Shown here: positions 56,612 through 64,000 of the stretch, piece by piece | How the letters are laid out: the number at the start of each line of letters is the position of its first letter | Position numbering within the stretch: the first letter of the stretch is position 1 | The notes under the pieces: model-generated | Told to the model about the DNA's origin: nothing | The model's input: only the letters and a program-made list of their open reading frames with translations | Database searches by the model: none | Made by a program: the position numbers and the translations under genes | Assembly (NCBI GenBank): GCA_002269645.1 | Contig: NIVC01000202.1 | Span: 558,001 to 622,000 of the forward strand | Length of the DNA: 64,000 bases | Source of the DNA: Macrostomum lignano | Lineage: Eukaryota | Reading direction: 5' to 3'

Positions 56612-58669
56612 ATGACGTCGCCAGCTACTACTTCGTCATTTATCGTTGGCAGCGGCGCCGATTGGGCTGCCGCAATCGAATCTGACGACGAGCTTGAAGC
56701 AATTGAAACGGACGCGCTAGTGAACAATGGCGAAAGTGTTGGCCAGTTCTGGGGCGGCGGTACATCACTTCCGATGCGGCAGAGAAAGAGTCAACAGCAG
56801 CGTGAGCTTGCTTTTAATTGGTTTTTATTTTGCGTTAGAGGATCGTAAAAAGCAGATATTTCTACTCTTAGTAGAGTATATACATCTGTACACTATTTTA
56901 GCTTGTCCACTTTTTTAATATAAGATACACTATCGCTGTGTACGTGCACACTTTGTACGTACCTTGCCGAACTGCGACAGTGTTGGCTCTCTTCTCCTGT
57001 TTAACTAATGCGACCAATGTCGCCTACAAACTGCAGAAGAAAGTGAGCGGCAAAGATAAAGTATGTATTCTTTGTACCAGCTGATACTAGCAAATATATT
57101 ATTGAGGACTGAGGCACAGCAGTGTGCTCGCGGTTTATAAATTAGATCGACTGAGATTAGCAGTCTGACTGACTGAACTATATACAAGCTAGAAATGTCG
57201 CTAGCCGAAATCAATGATGCTGACGAGGCCGAAGAGCAATTAGCCAATCCGTTCAAGGACAACGACGTCGAAGTAGATAGACCGGACGATCTGTTTTCAT
57301 TTAACTTTAAATCGCTTGGTCGGTGGGACTCGCGCGGTAGGGGTCCATGGCAGCTATTTATTGAGCTCTGTTTGTTTTTTTGCTAAAGTCGATCCGGCCG
57401 CTACTTCCGGTCCTTCAGCTGTCTGCAGCCTCCTTCCGGTTCTTCAGCTGTCTGCAGCCTCCTTCCGGTCCTTCAGCTGTCTGCAGCCTCCTTCCAATTC
57501 TTCAGCTGTCTGCAGCCTCCTTCCAATTCTTCAGCTGTCTGCAGCCTCCTTCCAATTCTTCAGCTGTCTGCAGCCTCCTTCCGGTTATTCAGCTGTCTGC
57601 AGCCTCCTTCCAATTCTTCAGCTGTCTGCAGCCTCCTTCCGGTTATTCAGCTGTCTGCAGCCTCCTTCCAATTCTTCAGCTGTCTGCAGCCTCCTGCCAA
57701 TTCTTCAGCTGTCTGCAGCCTCCTTCCAATTCTTCAGCTGTCTGCAGCCTCCTTCCGGACCTTCAGCTGTCTGCAGCCTCCTTTCGGACCTTCAGCTGTC
57801 TGCAGCCTCCTTTCGGACCTTCAGCTGTCTGCAGCCTCCTTCCGGACCTTCAGCTGTCTGCAGCCTCCTTCCGGACCTTCAGCTGTCTGCAGCCTCCTTC
57901 CGGTTCTTCATCCAGTCATTTAACAATCCGTCTTTCAATTCCAACCTTCAGCTTTTAAGTTTTTGGAAGACTCGCTTGTGCTTTTGCATCTAGCGTGTGT
58001 ATTGTGATACATCTCTAACGATACTATCGTATTGGCCATGCAGGCTCCACAGTCACTGTCGGTGTCGCTGATGTGGACCTGACCGGCGGCCAAGATGGCG
58101 CCGAGCATCAATACGCCGACTTCGACACCATCGATTGGCTGCGCGACATTGGCAGGCATCGGCGTCGGAATCGTGAAGTTCAACGTCGACGCCGGGTGAA
58201 CTATCGGGGCCGACTGGCCGCCGCCTTTGACAGCGTTTCCGGCTGGCTGTGCGTCGGCTTAATTGCGGTTGCGGCGGGTGAGTGCAGTGCCTGGAATTGA
58301 TCAGCGACTGCTACTAATATCCTTCATTTTAATACCATTGCATTCATGATACACAATGGCCAGGTCTAGTTGCCGGTGTTGTGGACATCGGCACCAACTG
58401 GATGTCTGACCTGCGCAGCGGCATCTGCGTTGAAGCATTCTGGTTTAATAAAGAGCAGTGCTGCTGGTCAGCCAACGATACCGGCTTCGATGATGAGCAA
58501 GCTTGTGCTCAGGTGAGTGGCCGCTTCTTCAGCTTTGCCTGTCTGTCTGCCTGCCTGTCTGTCTGTCTGTCTGTCTTAGTGTCTGTCTCTGCTGTCTGTC
58601 TTAGTGTCTGTCTTAGTGTCTGTCTGTCTGTCTCTCTGTCTGTATGTCTGTCTGTCTGTTTGTCTCTGC

Positions 58670-58702
<33 letters not shown>

Positions 58703-58715
58703 GCTGTCTGTCTGC

Positions 58716-58762
<47 letters not shown>

Positions 58763-58907
58763 GTCTGTCTGTTTGTCTGTCTGTCTGCCTGCCTGTCTGT
58801 CTGTCTGTCTGTCTTAGTGTCTGTCTCTGCTGTCTGTCTTAGTGTCTGTCTTAGTGTCTGTCTGTCTGTCTCTCTGTCTGTATGTCTGTCTGTCTGTTTG
58901 TCTCTGC

Positions 58908-58944
<37 letters not shown>

Positions 58945-58957
58945 GCTGTCTGTCTGC

Positions 58958-59004
<47 letters not shown>

Positions 59005-62000
59005 GTCTGTCTGTTTGTCTGTCTGTCTGCCTGTCTGTCTGTCTCACCCGGCTCGGCAATGCAGTGGTACACCTGGGCGGAGCTGGTGGGCAACAAGAAC
59101 AAAGACGCCGGCGCCTACATCTTGCGCTACGTCTTGTACGTGTTCTGGTCACTGCTGTTCGCCCTGCTGGCAGCCATGCTGGTCCGCATGTTCGCCCCGT
59201 ACGCCTGCGGCTCGGGCATCCCGGAGATCAAAACCATCCTATCCGGTTTTATCATTCGCGGCTACCTGGGCAAATGGACTCTGCTGATAAAATCTGTTGG
59301 CATCATGCTGTCGGTATCCTCAGGCCTCAGTCTGGGCAAGGAGGGCCCAATGGTTCACATGGCCTCTTGCTGCGGCAACATCATCGCTCACCTGTTTCCT
59401 AAGTACGGCCGCAATGAGGCCAAGAAGCGGGAGGTTCTATCGGCCGCCGCTGCCGCCGGCGTCAGCATCGCATTCGGCGCTCCGCTTGGCGGCGTGCTGT
59501 TCAGCCTTGAAGAGGCCAGCTACTATTTCCCATTGAAGACTCTGTGGCGCAGCTTCTTCTGCAGCATGGTGGCAGCTTCGGTGCTGAAGCTAGTTAATCC
59601 GTTTGGCAACGATCACCTGGTGCTGTTCTACATTGAGTACAACTCAACCTGGTCCGTACTAGAAATTGGCCCATTCATCTTGCTAGGCATTGTTGGCGGA
59701 GTGTTCGGCGCTGCTTTTATCCGAGCGAACGTTTGGGTCTGCCGGCAGAGGAAGTTCGGTCGACTGGGCCAGTTCCCCGTAGCCGAGGTGCTCGCCGTCA
59801 CCTGTGTCACGGCACTGTTAGCATTTCCCAATCCTTACACCAGAATGAACACTAGTCAGCTGATTAAACTGCTGTTTAGCAAGTGCGGTCCCGAGGATGT
59901 TAACGAATTGTGCGACTATAAGCGGAATACTACTAACGATTTCTCCGGCTCCGCGCCCGCCGGACCGGGAATCTATAGCGCCATGTGGAAACTGCTGCTA
60001 GCTTTTGGATTCAAAATTATTGTCACCATTTTCACCTTTGGCATCAAGGTTTGTTGTGGGGCTTTACTGTCGATTCGTTTTTGAGGATCTTGGGGGTATG
60101 TTTGGTTAGCTTTACTATTAGGTATGTTTAGGTCGCTTTAGATCTAGATCTGCTTAGGTTGCTTTAGGTCTATTTAGGTCGGTTAAGGTTGCTTTAGGTC
60201 TATTTAGGTCGGTTAAGGTTGCTTTAGGTCTATTTAGGTCGGGTTTAGGTTGCTTTAGGTCTATTTAGGTCGGGTTTAGGTTGCTTTAGATCTTTCTAGG
60301 TCGCCTTAAGTCTGTCTAGGTCGCTTTAAGTTTGTCTAGGTTACTTTAGGTCTGTTTAGGTCGCTTTAAGTCTATTTAGGTCTCTTAGGTCTGTTTAGAT
60401 TGTTTTAGGTCTGTTTGTTTAGCTTTCTTTAGGTCTGTTTAGATTGCTTTAGGTCTGGTTAGCTTGCTTATGCTGTTTAGATCACTAGATGTTATTTGGA
60501 TCACTTTAGTTCTATCTGTATCGCTTTAAGCCTCTATGTCGCTTGACATTTGTTCAGGTCTCTGGAGATCTGTTTTTGTCAGTTTATTGTCGTTTTAGGA
60601 TTTTTAAAGTATCTTTAGGCTTTTTTATTAAGATGTTTGGCTCTGTTTAAACTTGCATTATTAGCTGCGGCACTGTTAACCCATAGCTTTTAAAACCTTG
60701 TCTGGATCTTTTTAGGTCTCAGGGTCAAGCAGAGTCTAGTGAGTCAATTTCAGAAGTGGCTGCAGCCTTTGTAAATTTTTACATTAGAAAATTAGCACTC
60801 CTGTGCTAATCTAAACTGTCAGCTATGTAGGGGGTCTGTGGCCTGCGCTCTGCAAGCTAGTAGCATTAGTGAATAATTTAGCATTTCTCACCAAGCACGC
60901 GTTTACGAGTATAAAGTCTTTTACCTTTTGGAAAGAAAAAGTGGCAGTGAAACTGTTGCTGTAAGTCCGATAAGAACTTGGGTGTGACTGAGAAAAACAA
61001 CGCATTATCTTACTGCTGTGCTAAATCGCATGACAGCATAGTGTATAGTAGCTTGGCACTGCTTCAACTGTGGCTGTAGCATGTAGAATCGGGACTCGAT
61101 GGAGTAGAAAGTTACTAGAACTGAGACTAGATAGAGTAGAGAGTGACTAGAACTGAGACTAGATAGAGTACAGACTGACTAGAACTGAGACTAGATAGAG
61201 TAGAGACTGACTAGAACTGAGACTAGATAGAGTAGAGAGTGACTAGAACTGAGACTAGATAGAGTACAGACTGACTAGAACTGAGACTAGATAGAGTAGA
61301 GAGTGACTAGAACTGAGACTAGATAGAGTAGAGAGTGACTAGAACTGAGACTAGATAGAGTAGAGAGTGACTAGAACTGAGACTAGATAGAGTAGAGAGT
61401 GACTAGAACTGAGACTAGATAGAGTAGAGAGTGACTAGAACTGAGACTAGATAGAGTAGAGAGTGACTAGAACTGAGACTAGATAGAGTAGATAGTGACT
61501 AGAACTGAGACTAGATAGAGTAGAGAGTGACTAGAACTGAGACTAGATAGAGTAGAGAGTGACTAGAACTGAGACTAGATAGAGTAGAGAGTGACTAAAA
61601 TGAGACCAGATAGAGTAGAGAGTGACTAGAACTGAGACTAGATAGAGTAGAGAGTGACTAAAATGAGACCAGATAGAGTAGAGAGTGACTAAATGACACT
61701 AGATAGAGTAGAGTGATGAGTAGAGTGGTGATTGAGACTAACTGAGACCAGATAGAGTAGAGAGTGACTAGAACTGAGACCAGATAGAGTAGAGAGTGAC
61801 TAAAATGAGACCAGATAGAGTAGAGAGTGACTAGAACTGAGACTAGATAGAATAGAGAGTGACTAAAATGAGACTAGATAGAGTAGAGACTGACTAGAAC
61901 TGAGACTAGATAGAGTAGAGTGACTAGAACTGAGACTAGATAGAATGACTAAAATGAGACCAGATAGAGTAGAGAGTGACTAGAACTGAGACTAGATAGA

Positions 62001-63357
62001 GTAGAGAGTGACTAGAACTGAGACTAGATAGAATAGAGAGTGACTAAAATGAGACCAGATAGAGTAGAGAGTGACTAGAACTGAGACTAGATAGAATAGA
62101 GAGTGACTAAAATGAGACTAGATAGAGTAGAGACTGACTAGAACTGAGACTAGATAGAGTAGAGTGACTAGAACTGAGACTAGATAGAGTGACTAAAATG
62201 AGACCAGATAGAGTAGAGAGTGACTAGAACTGAGACTAGATAGAGTAGAGAGTGACTAGAACTGAGACTAGATAGAATAGAGAGTGACTAAAATGAGACT
62301 AGATAGAGTAGAGAGTGACTAAAATGAGACCAGATAGAGTAGAGAGTGACTAAATGACACTAGATAGAGTAGAGTGATGAGTAGAGTGGTGATTGAGACT
62401 AACTGAGACCAGATAGAGTAGAGAGTGACTAGAACTGAGACCAGATAGAGTAGAGAGTGACTAAAATGAGACCAGATAGAGTAGAGAGTGACTAGAACTG
62501 AGACTAGATAGAATAGAGAGTGACTAAAATGAGACTAGATAGAGTAGAGAGTGACTAAAATGAGACCAGATAGAGTAGAGACTGACTAAATGACACTAGA
62601 TTGAGTAGAGTGATTGAGTAGAATGATGATTGAGACTAATTGAGGCTAGATAGAGTAAAGAGAGGTCAGCTGTGAGAGGCCAGTTGCTAAACAAATCAGT
62701 AGACAGGTGAAAGTGGTAGGTAGGCAGACAGCTGATGCTGCTAATAGCCCGGCCGGTCTCACCGCCTGCAGGTTCCGTCCGGCCTGTTCATCCCGTCCCT
62801 AGCTGTTGGCGCCATAGCCGGTCGCGTCCTTGGCAACCTGCTAGAACAGGTGGCCGTCTCCAACATGGAGGCCTTCCCGTTCCGCCTGTTCTGCCGAGTC
62901 GGCCAGCCGTGCATCAACAGCGGCCTGTACGCCATGATCGGGGCTGCCGCGGCTCTGGGCGGAGTGACCAGAATGACTCTGTCTCTGGTAGCCATCATGC
63001 TTGAACTAACGGGCGGCCTGCAGTACATTGTGCCACTAATGATAGCGGCTGTCACATCCAAATGCGTTGGCGAAGCCATCACTAAGCACGGTATCTATGA
63101 GGAGCACGTCCGGTTGAACGGCTATCCGTTCCTAGATAATAAGGACGAGTTCACGCATACCACTATAGCCGCAGACATTATGCGGCCCAGGCCTGGCGAA
63201 CCGGCGCTTAAATTACTTTATCAAGACTCTATGACTGTGGAAGCTGTGGAACGTCTGCTAACTAACTCCGATGTTAACGGCTTTCCTATTGTTGTTTCCG
63301 AGCATTCGCACTATTTGGTTGGCTTTGTTACTAAGCAGGAATTGGCTTTGGCAATTG
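56612..63357 (+). CDS. CLCN3: CLC-family 2Cl-/H+ exchanger of the ClC-3/4/5 subfamily (continues beyond window)
   Basis: Exons 56612..56801 (tentative first exon), 58044..58277, 58364..58512, 59065..60048, 62772..63357, with compatible phases. Motifs DFDTIDW, NKEQCCW, GSGIPE, GKEGP (gating Glu), FSLEEA (proton Glu), GLFIP, GIYEEH, GYPFLD, and a first CBS domain (GFPIV..LVGFVT). Confidence 0.93.
57405..57905. repeat. 29-bp minisatellite (CTTCAGCTGTCTGCAGCCTCCTTCCRRTT)n, about 17 copies
   Basis: Visible array in the first CLC intron; explains ORFs 57316 and 57380. Confidence 0.93.
58538..59045. repeat. Complex (CTGT)n microsatellite, itself duplicated with a period of about 238 bp, in a CLC intron
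   Basis: The interruption CTTAGTGTC recurs at 58575 and 58813. Confidence 0.93.
60130..60500. repeat. Degenerate TTAGGTC/GCTTTAG-based tandem repeat in a CLC intron
   Basis: Recurring GGTTGCTTTAGGTCTATTTAGGTC units that decay distally. Confidence 0.75.
61113..62640. repeat. 32-bp minisatellite (GACTAGAACTGAGACTAGATAGAGTAGAGAGT)n in a CLC intron
   Basis: Period 32 (61145 to 61177); a variant block recurs at about 61712 and 62374. Confidence 0.95.
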
Positions 63358-63414
63358 GTGAGAAATTCTCTCTTCGTATTGATTATAATAGGCATGAATC
63401 CCATTGATCACAAT

Positions 63415-64000
63415 GGCATATTGTGTCTATGGTTGTGGAGTCAACCAATGGCAGATTGTGTCTATGGTTGTGGAGTCAGCCAATGGCAGATTGTGTCTAT
63501 GGTTGTGGAGTCAGACAATGGCAGATTGTGTCTATGGTTGTGGAGTCAGACAATGGCAGATTGTGTCTATGGCTGGGGAGTCAGCCAATGGCAGATTGTG
63601 TCTATGGTTGTGGAGTCAGACAATGGCAGATTGTGTCTATGGTTGTGTAGTCAAACAATGGCATATTGTGTCTATGGTTGTGGAGTCAAACAATGGCATA
63701 TTGTGTCTATGGTTGGGGAGTCAGACAATTGCAGATTGTGTCTATGGTTGGGGGGTCAGCCAATGGCAGATTGTGTCTATGGTTGTGGAGTCAAACAATG
63801 GCATATTGTGTCTATGGTTGGGGAGTCAGTCAATGGCAGATTGTGTCTATGGTTGTGGAGTCAGACAATTGCAGATTGTGTCTATGGTTGGGGAGTCAGC
63901 CAATGGCAGATTGTGTCTATGGTTGTGGAGTCAGCCAATGGCAGATTGTGTCTATGGTTGTGGAGTCAGACAATTGCAGATTGTGTCTATGGTTGGGGGG
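63415..64000. repeat. 35-bp minisatellite (TTGTGTCTATGGTTGTGGAGTCAGCCAATGGCAGA)n in a CLC intron, runs off window
   Basis: Period 35 (63421 to 63456). Confidence 0.95.

Noticed and set aside
57316-59402. Cys/Ser/Leu-rich ORFs (CSLLP, VCLS, QTDR)
   Set aside because: Translations of the 29-bp and (CTGT)n intronic repeats; the true CLC exons are defined by splice sites.

Overview
Eukaryotic, most likely invertebrate metazoan, genomic DNA with GT-AG introns and very dense minisatellites and transposon remnants; the species cannot be determined from the sequence. The main discovery is in 3-34.5 kb, where splicing the short ORF fragments by hand reconstructs four paralogous genes: one on + (3085-11497) and three in tandem on - (13082-16385, 22921-26962, 31216-34411). 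Each encodes a signal peptide followed by three cysteine-containing C2 domains of the perforin type, and I found no MACPF pore-forming domain. All four share a 6-exon plan in which every intron is phase 1 and every C2 domain is split over two exons. Their Ca2+/lipid-binding loops have diverged strongly, from fully acidic to basic/aromatic. The 3' ends of the three minus-strand genes are unresolved. The right part holds two conserved housekeeping genes: a PCGF3/5-type Polycomb RING-RAWUL gene (48316-53587) and a ClC-3/4/5-type Cl-/H+ exchanger (from 56612, running off the window). Between and within genes are four related solo LTRs with 4-bp TSDs, three tRNA-CORE SINEs, RNase H LINE and Gypsy integrase remnants, a decayed THAP/P-element transposase inside kilobase-long CpG-free tracts, a P-like MITE with a 7-bp TSD, a 1.16-kb foldback and about ten minisatellite arrays. 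All calls come from reading the sequence; no database search was run.
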